A stretch of 64,000 nt of DNA from a virus: the IMG/VR virus record IMGVR_UViG_3300025738_000001; one strand, given 5' to 3'. Shown one piece after another: positions 8,859-19,800 of this stretch; positions within the stretch are counted from its first letter, which is position 1, and the number at the start of each line of letters is the position of its first letter. The notes under the pieces are model-generated. The model saw nothing but the letters and a program-made list of their open reading frames with translations. It ran no database searches and was not told where the DNA came from. The position numbers and the translations under genes were made by a program.

Positions 8859-10085
8859 ATGCCTCAATTTAGTGACGATGATATTATAAACATGTCGGAT
8901 GATGACTTCGGTAATCTTCCACTCCCTGAGGATGATAACCTTCAACAAACATTTGAAGATGAAGCGACAGATGCGGGTGCTGAAGAGAAGGCGGAGCTTG
9001 CTCAAGCCGACGATGATGATTTACGTGACCGTGAAGATGGTGGCGAACTAAACAACGAACTTGATAAAGTAGATAATAGTGGTGACTCTGATGACGATAG
9101 TGATACTGAGCTGGACGATACCAATCCTGATGGTTCTGATAGTGATGATGCTACCGATGATGATGAACCAGCATCACTAGATGAAGATGGTAATCCTATT
9201 GAAAAAGACGCCTCAACGGACGCTGAAGACGATAAAGACGTTAAAACCGATGATGACAAGTCTGACCCTTGGGCTGAGCTTACAAAGCCATTCAAAGCGA
9301 ATAATGTTGAAATGTCTGTTGACAATGTTACAGATGCACGTAGACTAATGCAGATGGGCGCTAACTACCACCAGAAGATGACTGATATTAAAGATGACCG
9401 TAAGTTCATTGAGACTCTTCGTGATAATGACTTGTTAGACTCCGATAAAATTAACTTGCTAATTGATGCTAGTAAAGGCAACCAGTCAGCGATTACTAAA
9501 CTACTTAAGGATAGCGGTATTAATCCAATGGATGTGGATGTGGATAAGGCCGATGAGTACGAAGCGACCTCTTACCAAACTACCGATGCTCAACTAGAAT
9601 TACGTGATGTACTCTCTGGAATCAGAGGCACTGACACGTATACTCAGACGATGAGCATTGTTAGTCAGAAGTGGGACGCTAAGAGCCAAGACCTTATTAT
9701 GGGTAAGCCAGATGTTCTCAATACCATCAATGACCACGTTGCAAGTGGTGTATATGATACGATTTCAACTGCTATTGCTCGTCAGCGCATTCTAGGCAAT
9801 CCTAAGCTAGATGGCTTATCAGATATCGAAGCTTACTTGCAGGTTGGCAATGAGTTACAAGATGCCGGAGCGTTCAAAGCTACTCCTGAAAAGGAAGCTG
9901 AGCCTGCTAAGGAAATTGTAAAGCCTAAGCCTAAACCTAAAAAGCAAGTGTCTCCGACTGCTGATGCTAAAAGACGTCAAGCCGCTGCACCACGTCAAGC
10001 TCCACCTGCGAAAGCAGACCTGAGTGATTTGGATGATATGTCCGATGAAGAATTTGCGAAGCATTTCGCTAAACTTAAACATTAA
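8859..10085 (+). CDS. Scaffolding-like protein
   Basis: N-terminal ~140 aa extremely D/E-rich, helical middle, K/P/A-rich basic tail. Located between portal and capsid genes. Confidence 0.55.
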   Translation: MPQFSDDDIINMSDDDFGNLPLPEDDNLQQTFEDEATDAGAEEKAELAQADDDDLRDREDGGELNNELDKVDNSGDSDDDSDTELDDTNPDGSDSDDATDDDEPASLDEDGNPIEKDASTDAEDDKDVKTDDDKSDPWAELTKPFKANNVEMSVDNVTDARRLMQMGANYHQKMTDIKDDRKFIETLRDNDLLDSDKINLLIDASKGNQSAITKLLKDSGINPMDVDVDKADEYEATSYQTTDAQLELRDVLSGIRGTDTYTQTMSIVSQKWDAKSQDLIMGKPDVLNTINDHVASGVYDTISTAIARQRILGNPKLDGLSDIEAYLQVGNELQDAGAFKATPEKEAEPAKEIVKPKPKPKKQVSPTADAKRRQAAAPRQAPPAKADLSDLDDMSDEEFAKHFAKLKH

Positions 10086-10109
10086 ACTTTTATATAAAGG
10101 AATAATATT

Positions 10110-11606
10110 ATGCCTAAACAATATGGTAATGGTAACGGTAATAACCCTTCTAGTATCGGTGAACAGCTAAGTGATTTTCAATACCAACGTAATGCGTTAA
10201 TTGAAGCACGTAAGCAAACAGTGTTCATGCCAATGGCTTCTACTATTGGTATGCCGAAGAACATGGGTAAACGTATTAAGCGTGACCACTATATTCCAAT
10301 CTTAGATGATGCGAATATTAATGACCAGGGTATTGATGCCACTGGTGCTTCTGTAACTCAAAAATTAACAATCCGTGTTACTAACACTGAAGACGGTGTT
10401 ATTGATACACAGCGTTCAACTGGCTTTGCTGAGCTGTTATTTGTTGGTGAAGGTGCGAATGCTGCTGCTGCTCTATTAGCTGCTCAAACTGCTTTCAACA
10501 CATTCTGTGAAACTGCTACTGCATTAGGTGGTCTTGGTCTTACACTAGTTGGTGGTACTGAAGCGCTTAAATACGTAGATGCTGTTAATAATGTAGATGG
10601 TTTAGCTTATGCCTTAGGCTACCGCGTAGCTGGTGACTTAGTAGCTGATGCTGTTCCACAGACTGGTAACTTGTATGGTTCAAGTAAAGATATCGGTGCA
10701 ATCCAAGGTAAGCTTCCTGCGCTTACAGAGAATGGTGGTACGGTTAACCGTGTCGGCATGAAACGTGTGACTATTGAAGGTACGTTCCAGAAGTTCGGCT
10801 TCTACGAATCGTATACTAAAGAGTCAGTGGACTTTGATTCAGACCCTGATTTACGTAAACATGTTAACCGTGAAATGCTTAATGCTGCTCATGAAATGAC
10901 TGAAGCTGCGTTACAGATTGATATCTTGAATGCTGCTGGTGTTGTACGTTACGGCGGTGATGCTACAAATGTTGGTTCAATCACTGGTGAAGGTGGTACT
11001 CCATCTCTAATCAGCTATGAAGACTTCATGCGTTTATCTATCACTCTTGATAATAACCGTACACCGAAAGAAACTAAGATGATTACCGGTTCTAAACAGA
11101 CCGATACTCGTACCATTGATGGTGCTCGTTACATGTTCATCGGTTCTGAATTAGTTCCTTCGATTCGTCGTATGGTTGACCTATTCAACAACCAAGCTTT
11201 CATCCCTGTACATAAGTATGCGGCTGCTGGCGGTAACATCATGAAAGGTGAAATTGGTTCAGTAGACCAGTTCCGTATCGTGGTAGTTCCTGAGATGCTT
11301 CATTGGGCTGGTGTTGGTGCAACTGAAACTGGCGCTAACCCTGGTTATCGTGCAAGTAACGGTAAATACGATGTGTTCCCTATGCTAGTCATTGGTAATG
11401 AATCGTTCACTACTATTGGTTTCCAAACTAACGGTAAAGTCGTTAAGTTTAAAATCAAGCATGTTAAACCTGAATCAGAACAGTCTTACTCTCTTGAGTC
11501 TGACCCGTTCGGTGAGAAAGGCTTCATGTCAATTAAATGGTACTACGGTTTCATGAAATTGCGTGCAGAACGTCTTGCAGTGTTAAAATCAGTTGCAGAA
11601 CTGTAG
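10110..11606 (+). CDS. Major capsid protein (candidate)
   Basis: RBS aaggaataatatt-ATG and strongly biased codon choice (ggt, cgt, ctt, gaa). Immediately followed by a strong terminator. Position after the scaffold gene. Confidence 0.7.
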   Translation: MPKQYGNGNGNNPSSIGEQLSDFQYQRNALIEARKQTVFMPMASTIGMPKNMGKRIKRDHYIPILDDANINDQGIDATGASVTQKLTIRVTNTEDGVIDTQRSTGFAELLFVGEGANAAAALLAAQTAFNTFCETATALGGLGLTLVGGTEALKYVDAVNNVDGLAYALGYRVAGDLVADAVPQTGNLYGSSKDIGAIQGKLPALTENGGTVNRVGMKRVTIEGTFQKFGFYESYTKESVDFDSDPDLRKHVNREMLNAAHEMTEAALQIDILNAAGVVRYGGDATNVGSITGEGGTPSLISYEDFMRLSITLDNNRTPKETKMITGSKQTDTRTIDGARYMFIGSELVPSIRRMVDLFNNQAFIPVHKYAAAGGNIMKGEIGSVDQFRIVVVPEMLHWAGVGATETGANPGYRASNGKYDVFPMLVIGNESFTTIGFQTNGKVVKFKIKHVKPESEQSYSLESDPFGEKGFMSIKWYYGFMKLRAERLAVLKSVAEL

Positions 11607-11625
11607 TAAGCACTAACTAATATAT

Positions 11626-11649
11626 GGGGAGCCTTCGGGTTCCCCTTTT
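11626..11649 (+). terminator. Intrinsic terminator after the capsid gene
   Basis: GGGGAGCC-TTCG-GGTTCCCC followed by TTTT. Confidence 0.85.
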
Positions 11650-11719
11650 AGGTAGGAAACATCCTACAATTAGTCCATACCGGAATCACCCGCTGGACCT
11701 TACACAAGTGAGACATACC

Positions 11720-12292
11720 ATGACACAGCCAACTGAACTTCAAGTACTAAAAGCACGCGCTACTCAACTAAACATCCCATTCTCAGCTAACATTGGTTTA
11801 GATACCTTGAAAGCTAAAGTACATGCATTCCTTAATGATTTGCCTGAACCAGTCGAGAAAGGTGAACCAGCTCCAGTACGTACAGTTAAGACTAACCCTA
11901 ATTTATACGTCCCTACTGAATCACCGCTACAAGCTAAAGCTCGTAAGCGTCGTGAAGCTAACCGCTTAGTACGTGTTCGTGTAATGAATCGTAATCCAGC
12001 AATGAAAGATTACGTAGGTGATTGGTACTGTGTATCCAATTCCGTTGTAGGTGACATTCGTAAGTTTGTTGCATACGATACAGAAGATGGTTTCCATGTA
12101 CCATACATGATTTACCTACATCTTCTTGAGAAAGAGTATCAAGTATTCACTGAAACCAAAGATAGCAAAGGGCGTCCTAAGGTTAACGCTAAGAACGTCA
12201 AAGAGTTATCGGTAGAATTACTTGACCCACTAACAGAAGATGAAATGGCTGACCTTAAGGTACGTCAAATCAACAACAAGAGTATTGATTAA
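11720..12292 (+). CDS. Virion-region protein with N-terminal HeH/SAP-like motif
   Basis: ORF track 11624..12292. Start moved to Met33 because 11626-11649 is the terminator hairpin. TELQVLKARATQLNIPFSANIGLDTLKAKV resembles Rho-N/HeH motifs. Confidence 0.55.
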   Translation: MTQPTELQVLKARATQLNIPFSANIGLDTLKAKVHAFLNDLPEPVEKGEPAPVRTVKTNPNLYVPTESPLQAKARKRREANRLVRVRVMNRNPAMKDYVGDWYCVSNSVVGDIRKFVAYDTEDGFHVPYMIYLHLLEKEYQVFTETKDSKGRPKVNAKNVKELSVELLDPLTEDEMADLKVRQINNKSID

Positions 12293-13122
12293 TGGCTATA
12301 GAGTTTAAGGACTTTACTGGTGGTGAGCACGAAGGTCGAGGGGCTTTCGATGAACTCATGCGTACTGCCAAGTCCCACCTAGTAACAGAGTTTAATGAAC
12401 AACGTATTACCTCTGCTGAATACAGTCAGATGTACTTAAACGTAATGACTGCTGCGATGTCAACGGCATTACAGTATACAATGCAATCCGGTATTGCTTC
12501 TCGCCAAGAGGAGCTGTTACAGGAGCAAACCAACAATGCTATACAACAGACTTTAATATCAGCCCAACAACTACTTAACTTGAAGAAAGAAGAAATCCTC
12601 ATTGATGCTAAGATTCTTCAAGATGCGCAGAACTTGCTTAACTCCCAAGCTGAGTTAGTGTTGGTTAATGCTAAGGTTGCTGAATCTAATGCTACCGTAT
12701 TGATTAGCACTAAACAGTTAGCCGTGATGGATGCACAACTTCTTGGCTCTGCTGCTGATACAGCTATGAAGACTCAACAACGATTAAATGCTATTACGCA
12801 AGAGATTGTTATTGGTCATCAAGGTACTAAGATACTCGGTGAGATTACTCTACTTAATCAGAAACGATTAACTGAGCAAGCACAGATTCTTGACACTGTT
12901 GATGGTAATCCGGTTACTGGTGTTATTGGACGTCAGAAGACGTTGTATCTTGCACAAGAGAATGGTTTTGCACGGGATGCTGAGCAGAAGGTTCTCAAGT
13001 TCATGACAGATAACTGGGGACTACGACTCAACTCAGATGGTTCAACGGTGCTGCCTTCCGGCTTTACCAACGCTGAGATTGACCGGGTACTCAACAAGGC
13101 CAAAGCTGGTATCGGTTTATAA
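12292..13122 (+). CDS. Structural-region protein, Q/L/A-rich coiled coil
   Basis: ORF track; ATGA-type overlap with the upstream gene. Confidence 0.55.
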   Translation: MAIEFKDFTGGEHEGRGAFDELMRTAKSHLVTEFNEQRITSAEYSQMYLNVMTAAMSTALQYTMQSGIASRQEELLQEQTNNAIQQTLISAQQLLNLKKEEILIDAKILQDAQNLLNSQAELVLVNAKVAESNATVLISTKQLAVMDAQLLGSAADTAMKTQQRLNAITQEIVIGHQGTKILGEITLLNQKRLTEQAQILDTVDGNPVTGVIGRQKTLYLAQENGFARDAEQKVLKFMTDNWGLRLNSDGSTVLPSGFTNAEIDRVLNKAKAGIGL

Positions 13123-13134
13123 TTAAAGGAGGGG

Positions 13135-13158
13135 GGGAGCTTAGGCTCCCTTTTTTTT
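13135..13158 (+). terminator. Intrinsic terminator
   Basis: GGGAGC-TTAG-GCTCCC followed by T8. Confidence 0.85.
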
Positions 13159-13162
13159 GCTT

Positions 13163-15205
13163 ATGGGACTATTTGATGAAACGGTACACAGTGTTGCAAG
13201 TACCAAGGTGAAGTTAATTACCGACACTCCTAACGTAGGTAAAGACTCTGTGTTGTTATCAGTATTGACTGATGGCGATATAAGTGCTGACCTGATTAAT
13301 GCGTATGCTAATGGTATTGGTTTGAAGATGCGTAACATGCATGCCAAGGCCAGTGTAGATTACTTCTATGGTTTACCTGATGGACTTCAGAAGGATGGCC
13401 GTACATGGACTCACCTAGTAAAAGCTCATATTGAAACTGAGGTAGGTGCTACTGTTGTTATGATAGGTGTTACCTCAGGCTCTGTGAATACAGATGCATT
13501 GGCTCATGAGTATCTTACTGATAACCGTGCATGGGACTTGGTAGATAACCTCGTACTTATTAAACCTCCTGGAGCTGGTGCAGGTGACGTACAATTTGTG
13601 TCTAGCCGTATATCTACTCCTGGTACATTAGAACTGACCTATACAGGCGCTCCTGTTGAATTGGTAGCAGTCGCTAACTTGCAGCCCTTATCATCATACT
13701 ACCACGCCTCGTACACCATAGATGAAGGTATAACGCAGTTCTGGAACTATGATACAGCTACCGGTACTTACCCTGACTTGGTTAGAGCTGATGTGATAGA
13801 AGCAGATAATCCATACTTCCCTATCATTCCATTCCGTGTCGATAATGTTAATCAAGCTACTGATGGGCCTGCTGGTTATGTCCAGTCAGCACAGAACCTT
13901 ATGCGCTCAGTAGGTATGGACTTTGAGGCTGTATGTGCAACTATTCATGATAGCCCTGATATCGGTGATGTGGACCATGCGTTTATCTATACAGCAGTAC
14001 CGGTAGCCTCGGATGAGCAGAATAGTATTAACTACCTGCATACTCACTTTAAACATCTTGAGCCATTGAGTGCAATCAAGAAGAGTTCATTGGATGCTCA
14101 CCAAGCTACTGAAGCTGATTCGAACGCTGTACAGAATACACCACCACCGTTCAACACCATGCGTATATCTGATAGTACGTTAGTATTAGATTACCATTAT
14201 GCGTACATTGATACAGTCATACATACCGGTACAGTAGGTACGATAGGTGTATCGAATAGAACCATTACTGTCAGGGATAGAATACGTAATACATACGAAT
14301 ACACCTCAGGTAGTAAGGACCAAACACGTACTGCTACAAGGTACTCATATGATACTAGTTTGTTAGTGTTCACTAACCAAATCAATGCCACTCAGTATGA
14401 AGAGACTACGGTATATGGTTTATATGTAATCAATCATATTTATCCAGGCCATACTATTGAAAGCTCGTTAGCTGAGGCCGTAGATATACTAATTCCGCTT
14501 AACGCTAAGTTAGTGGACGCTATGAGTATTAAAGATGGTGACTTACTGTTCTATGATGCATTACATGTAGTGTTTAATAGTTACCAAGCCACTAAGCTTG
14601 AATGGTACGAGACTAGTGTATTTGCAGTCATAGTACAGATTATAGCCATTGTTATTACCATATACTCTTTAGGTACATTGGCTGAGGTGGCTGTAGCTGC
14701 TGCCACCATTGGGCAGGCTGCTGTGAATGTAATTACGCAGATACTCGTCCAGTTGGCAATATCTGCAGCTGTAGACTTTGTTGTGGACAAGCTTGGTATT
14801 GAAGCTGCAATTGTACTAGCTGTTGTGGGCACCCTAGTAGGCCAAGGTGTCGACTCTACCTTTGCTGACAACATCATGGGCTTGATTGATATAATGATAG
14901 CTGAGGTTATGGAAGACTTAGAAGAAAGTATCAGTAGCATACAAGATGAGATGAATGCGTTAGTAAGTACTCAGTCTGATTTAGATAAGGAATTTGAACG
15001 GTTAGAAGCAGAGCTTAGAGGAGATGCTGACATTAACTACTTGGATGTGGTAAGATTGCGGCCTAACATAGATATAAATGAAACTCCTTCTGAGTTTTAC
15101 CATCGTGCCGTACACGCAGGTAACATCGGTATAGCCTCTTTAGATATGCCTCGTAGCTTCGTCGAAGGTAAGTTGGAACTACCAGTTATTACACAAATTA
15201 CATAG
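13163..15205 (+). CDS. Virion structural protein with long hydrophobic C-proximal segment
   Basis: ORF track 13157 (TTG)..15205; first ATG at 13163. ~100-aa A/V/I/G-rich hydrophobic stretch (VFAVIVQIIAIVITIYSLG...AVVGTLVGQG). Confidence 0.6.
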   Translation: MGLFDETVHSVASTKVKLITDTPNVGKDSVLLSVLTDGDISADLINAYANGIGLKMRNMHAKASVDYFYGLPDGLQKDGRTWTHLVKAHIETEVGATVVMIGVTSGSVNTDALAHEYLTDNRAWDLVDNLVLIKPPGAGAGDVQFVSSRISTPGTLELTYTGAPVELVAVANLQPLSSYYHASYTIDEGITQFWNYDTATGTYPDLVRADVIEADNPYFPIIPFRVDNVNQATDGPAGYVQSAQNLMRSVGMDFEAVCATIHDSPDIGDVDHAFIYTAVPVASDEQNSINYLHTHFKHLEPLSAIKKSSLDAHQATEADSNAVQNTPPPFNTMRISDSTLVLDYHYAYIDTVIHTGTVGTIGVSNRTITVRDRIRNTYEYTSGSKDQTRTATRYSYDTSLLVFTNQINATQYEETTVYGLYVINHIYPGHTIESSLAEAVDILIPLNAKLVDAMSIKDGDLLFYDALHVVFNSYQATKLEWYETSVFAVIVQIIAIVITIYSLGTLAEVAVAAATIGQAAVNVITQILVQLAISAAVDFVVDKLGIEAAIVLAVVGTLVGQGVDSTFADNIMGLIDIMIAEVMEDLEESISSIQDEMNALVSTQSDLDKEFERLEAELRGDADINYLDVVRLRPNIDINETPSEFYHRAVHAGNIGIASLDMPRSFVEGKLELPVITQIT

Positions 15206-15214
15206 GAGGCTATT

Positions 15215-15640
15215 ATGCCTAATCATTATAATAATCCCGGTGACGGTAATGTCGCTAGCTTTGCACCACAACTGTTCAATCCAATGGAAGGCCTTAACTT
15301 AGGTTTAGACCCTGCCGCTCAAGCTACTAATGCTGGAGGTATATTTGGTAACATAGACTTGTTCGGCGGTACTGATGCCCAAGGTAATCAATCTGTCGGC
15401 GCACTACAAGGAGGTATCGGTGCATTAACCGGCTTAGGTAACTTGGCTCTAGGTTATCAACAATACGGTTTAGCTAAAGATGAGTTAGGTTTCCAGAAGG
15501 AACAAGCTCGTATTAACAATCAGAATCAGATGACTACCCTTAATAACCTTATTGCTGGTCAAGCTGAGAATCGTCGTATTGCTACCGGTACTGGCCCAAC
15601 AGGGGCTGAGTTCGTAGCTTCTAGCGGTATTCGGATATAG
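15215..15640 (+). CDS. G/Q/N-rich virion-region protein
   Basis: ORF track; RBS aggagg before the ATG. Confidence 0.5.
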   Translation: MPNHYNNPGDGNVASFAPQLFNPMEGLNLGLDPAAQATNAGGIFGNIDLFGGTDAQGNQSVGALQGGIGALTGLGNLALGYQQYGLAKDELGFQKEQARINNQNQMTTLNNLIAGQAENRRIATGTGPTGAEFVASSGIRI

Positions 15641-15651
15641 GAGATAACATT

Positions 15652-16725
15652 ATGCCACCTATCACATGGAGAAACGTAGCTGCACCCACTGCTCAAGGTG
15701 CTTCACGTATATTAGAAGCTGCCGGTAAATCCTTTAATAGAGGTGCTGCTGGCCTAACTGGTTTAGTAAACCAAGTAGGGGATGTCAACTCTGCTAACAT
15801 TGCTAACCAGAATGCTATTAATACACAGTCAGCTCTTAGTCAGATTGCTGGCCTAGACTTGGCTGGTGTCACTGCTGCACAAGAGAGTGGTTTGTTTGGT
15901 GCAGGTAACTTGCCTATTGGTGTTGACCAACAAGCTATTGACAAAGCCTTCACTGCCCGACCTAATGTAATAGCTGACCAGTTGGCTAAGACTAATGCGA
16001 ACCAAGTAGCAGCACAGAACCGTGCAGAAGCTGGACCTAAGGTAGAGTTACAGAACCTTATCAGTTCAGGTGACCTAGCAGGTGCTCAAGCATTACTTGA
16101 TACTGGTGTGGTACAGAACGAGTCACCGTTCAACAAAGCTATTGCAGGAAGCCAAGCTAGTACTGTTGCAGCCCAACGCAAAGAAGCTGAGTTCCAACGT
16201 CAGGAACAGGCGCGTATAGATGCTCCTGCTGCCAAGGTAGCTTCATTACAGACTGAAGCTGCCATAGCCTCTGCTGATGTGAACTTACAACAACAACTTG
16301 CTGAACTACCTGTAGATAAAGCTGTTACTACTAAGCAGCAAGGTATCAGTCAGGGTGATGCATTTAATAGTCTTCGTGCATTTGCCCCTAACAAGACCTT
16401 CTATGACAGTCAAGGGGATTCAGGCGGTACTGAACTTATCGACCGTATCAGTGAGGGAGTTAAAACAATTGAGGATGGTGGTCAGGAAGTGCCTGGGTAT
16501 ATCCTTGATGAGGTTACTAAACTTATCCAAGCTGAATCAGGTGGTGAGCAAGGTGCTTGGTTCTCATTTGACCGTTCAGTAGATGCTGACCGTTATATTG
16601 AACTGGTTAAAGCACGTCTTAGCCAAAGTAAGGTATCTGATGATAACAAGATTAAACGGGCTGCTGCACGTAGAGGTAACATAGCTACCAACCTACAATC
16701 GGAAATCGAGTTGGCTAACAGATGA
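15652..16725 (+). CDS. A/Q-rich virion-region protein
   Basis: ORF track; RBS aggag before the ATG. Confidence 0.55.
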   Translation: MPPITWRNVAAPTAQGASRILEAAGKSFNRGAAGLTGLVNQVGDVNSANIANQNAINTQSALSQIAGLDLAGVTAAQESGLFGAGNLPIGVDQQAIDKAFTARPNVIADQLAKTNANQVAAQNRAEAGPKVELQNLISSGDLAGAQALLDTGVVQNESPFNKAIAGSQASTVAAQRKEAEFQRQEQARIDAPAAKVASLQTEAAIASADVNLQQQLAELPVDKAVTTKQQGISQGDAFNSLRAFAPNKTFYDSQGDSGGTELIDRISEGVKTIEDGGQEVPGYILDEVTKLIQAESGGEQGAWFSFDRSVDADRYIELVKARLSQSKVSDDNKIKRAAARRGNIATNLQSEIELANR

Positions 16726-16793
16726 TGTAAATATAAGGGTATCTTTTTACCCTATAACTCTGTTAATATACAAAACTTGTTAAGATACACAGG

Positions 16794-16820
16794 GGAAGTT
16801 CGACGGAGCTTCCTTTTTCT
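16794..16820 (+). terminator. Intrinsic terminator or attenuator directly upstream of the vRNAP gene
   Basis: 8-bp stem GGAAGTTC / GAGCTTCC (one G-T pair), loop GACG, then TTTTT. 19 nt before the vRNAP ATG. Confidence 0.7.
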
Positions 16821-16838
16821 ATATTAAGGAATCCTTAA

Positions 16839-19800
16839 ATGCCAGAATATACCCCACTAGATTTAGGTACCGGTGTTACCAGTGCCAAGCAAAGTAAGTT
16901 AGCTAATACTACTGAAGTGAAAGCTGAGAAGTTAGCACCTACTATGCTCCCATCATCGTTGGCTGAGTACGCTGCTGACAAACCTAATATCACTCTTGCT
17001 GAGATTGCTGAATACGAACAAGGTTACGCTGTTCAACAAGCACAACTCCAAGAACAAGAGCAAGCACGTATCGGTAACTTCCTTATAGAAGATACTAATA
17101 ATGTGATGGGCAACCTTGCCAACATTGGTGTACAAGCCGGTGCTGGTGTTGCACGAGTTGTTGCACAGATTGCTGCTTCTGTACCTGAGATATCAGCTAT
17201 AGCTGCACAGAAAACCATATCAGAAGAAGAGCGCACACTCTACTCAACTGCTGAGAAGAAGAAAGCCCGACTTGCTGGTGACACCCTTACTGATGCAGAG
17301 CGAGCAGTATATGAACCACAAGTCAATACTATTCAGACACGTAAACAACAAGGTACATTCGGTGACCAGTTCATTACTGAAACACAGGAGTCTACGAATA
17401 CACCTCAGTCTGTATTTTCTACAGCTAACCCTGACTTTGATGCTAGTGAGCCTGCGTTCGTTCCTGAGCAACAAACCACTCAACTTGCTACTGATACTTC
17501 TGCTGCTGATAAGCTTAGCGCCATAGACGACGTACAGAAATATATAACTGACCCTAAAGAGAAGTTCGTTAAGTTTATACGTTCACACGTAAACACTAAT
17601 AAAGAAGACGACCTTATTGCTGACCTTGGAGAAGACTATGACAAAGCTACTGCTAACTTCGAAGCTGGTAACTACGCTGATGGCGCACTCGACCTTGTTG
17701 CTGGCGGTGTTGGTTCCATCCTTAGTAATCCTAGTGCAACTGTTGGGTTCTTAGCAGAATCATTACCACAGATGTTAGCAACTACTATCCGTACTCCTGC
17801 AAACATTGCTTATGCAATTGATACAGCGACTAAGGGTATTGCTAAGTTTACTGAAGATAATGGCCGTGCTCCTACTCGTAATGAGATTAACCAGATTATG
17901 GCTGTATCTGCTTCTGCTGCCGCTGCTGAACAAGTAGGTGCCATCGGTGCTCTTGCTAAAGCTAAGAAAGTGGCTAAGGTTGCTGCTCCTCTTAAAGCTG
18001 CCAAGAATCCGGTTGTATCTAAATCTGTTACTGCACCGGTTAAGAAGATTGCTACTGCTACTGCGGGTGAAGCTGCAACTGAAGGTTTCCAAACTGCTGC
18101 GGAACAAGTAGCCGGAACTCTTGACGTATCTAAAGTAGAGGGTAAAGAAGTGTTCACTTCTGCAGCAATTGGTGGCGGTATCGGTAAAGGTATATCTACA
18201 GCTACTGAGGTAGTTCCTGCTGTTAAGACTTTGGCTCAAACTGCTACGACTAAAGCTGCTAAAGCATATGTTGCAGGCCAGGCTAAAGTAGCTAAGTCTA
18301 AAGAAGTTAAAGCAGCAAAATCAGTAGATGACCTTAAGACTCCTGAAGCTAAAGCTGAGTTCTTACTAACTCCTGATAACACTCCTGAAGATGTTGCTGG
18401 CCGTCAGAAGCAAGTTGCTGACATCCAAGAGCAGATTGATGCTGGAATGGAAGCTGTAAGTAAACTTACTGATGAGAAAGAAATCAATGCTGCGTTCGAC
18501 AAGCTTGATGCATTAGCAGAACAGCAAGAAGGTTTAGCTAATATCTCTGTGGAGACTCCTGCCCAAACTGCTACTGTAGTTGAAGCTATTACTGAAGCTA
18601 CGGAGAAGACTGCTGAATCAGATGGTTCGGTTCAACGTATATTCAACTCTATGGCTACCAGCCCGGGCCGTGTAACACCCGCTCAAGCTTTAGAAGTCGC
18701 TAACAGTGATGTTGTAACCCCTAAGCAGAAAGTCCAACTGGAGCAGTATGCTGCTACGGAAGAGGCTAAGTCAGTACTTGAAGTAGATAACGATATTCTA
18801 GTAGGTGGTAAAGGCTTCTTAGGTATTAAACAGTATCAAGCATCTATCAATGCTGCTAACACTCGCGGTGACAAGGCTGCTGCTACTAAGGCTATTGCTG
18901 GTTTAACCAAGTTTGCTACTGGTCACATTGCTAAAGCCGCTGCCTTCACTAAAGCATACGATGCTGTGATTGCTGGTGACTCTGCTGCTGATGCATTGGT
19001 TATCGGTGTACAAGCTGAATATGGTATCGAGATTCATAAGAACTCTAACCTTGCTAAGAACCCTCTTATCACTAACGTACAGAATGAAGCTGCTGCATTA
19101 ACTGCCGCTGTAACACAGGCTACCGGTACTGAATTCGTTGCTGATACTAATACTATTACTGCCCAGTCAATTGAGGCGCCTCAGAGCATACCTCAAAAGG
19201 GTAAGAAAGTCTCGAGTGAAAGTACTCCAGAAGTGGTAGAGGATTCAAGTGTTGGTATTGCACGTATTGCACAGTATGTTGATGCGATTGAAGCCAAGGG
19301 TGGTATTGAGTTAACTGAGTCATTCACTAGCAAGGTTGCTAAACTTACTTCACAGTCTGCACCGAAGAACGTGCAGTTCATGCTTAATTTGGCTCAGAAG
19401 ATTGCTGACCAGAATGCCGTTAAAGTAGTTGACCGTACTGAGGTCATTACCGAAACTGAAGTAACTGAGGAAGTAGTCACTGACTTGGAAACATCACAAG
19501 AGGTAATTACTGATGAAAACATTGTTGAACAAGTGGTTAACGAAGAAGGGACAGCGGAAGTTGAGACTAGCTCTACTGTTAATAACGAGCTTCATAATAA
19601 TACTTTGCGCAGCCACAAGCTTGGCCTACGTCCTAAGTATAACACTGCCGCTAATGTTGTAGCCAAAGGTATTAATGGTACTCTTGCTGCTAACTTCACT
19701 GGTAAAGTTAATACAGCTAACCTTCTTCATCAAGTAGAGAACTTCTTTACTGACTACGCTAATGATAAGCGTGTTGCTGGACAATTAACTCCTGCACAGT

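Noticed and set aside
16355-16582. 75-aa + strand ORF nested in 15652..16725; likewise the many antisense or alternative-frame ORFs inside the vRNAP, fibre, portal, polymerase and primase genes
   Set aside because: They are embedded in longer, motif-supported or codon-biased genes. These are typical shadow ORFs.
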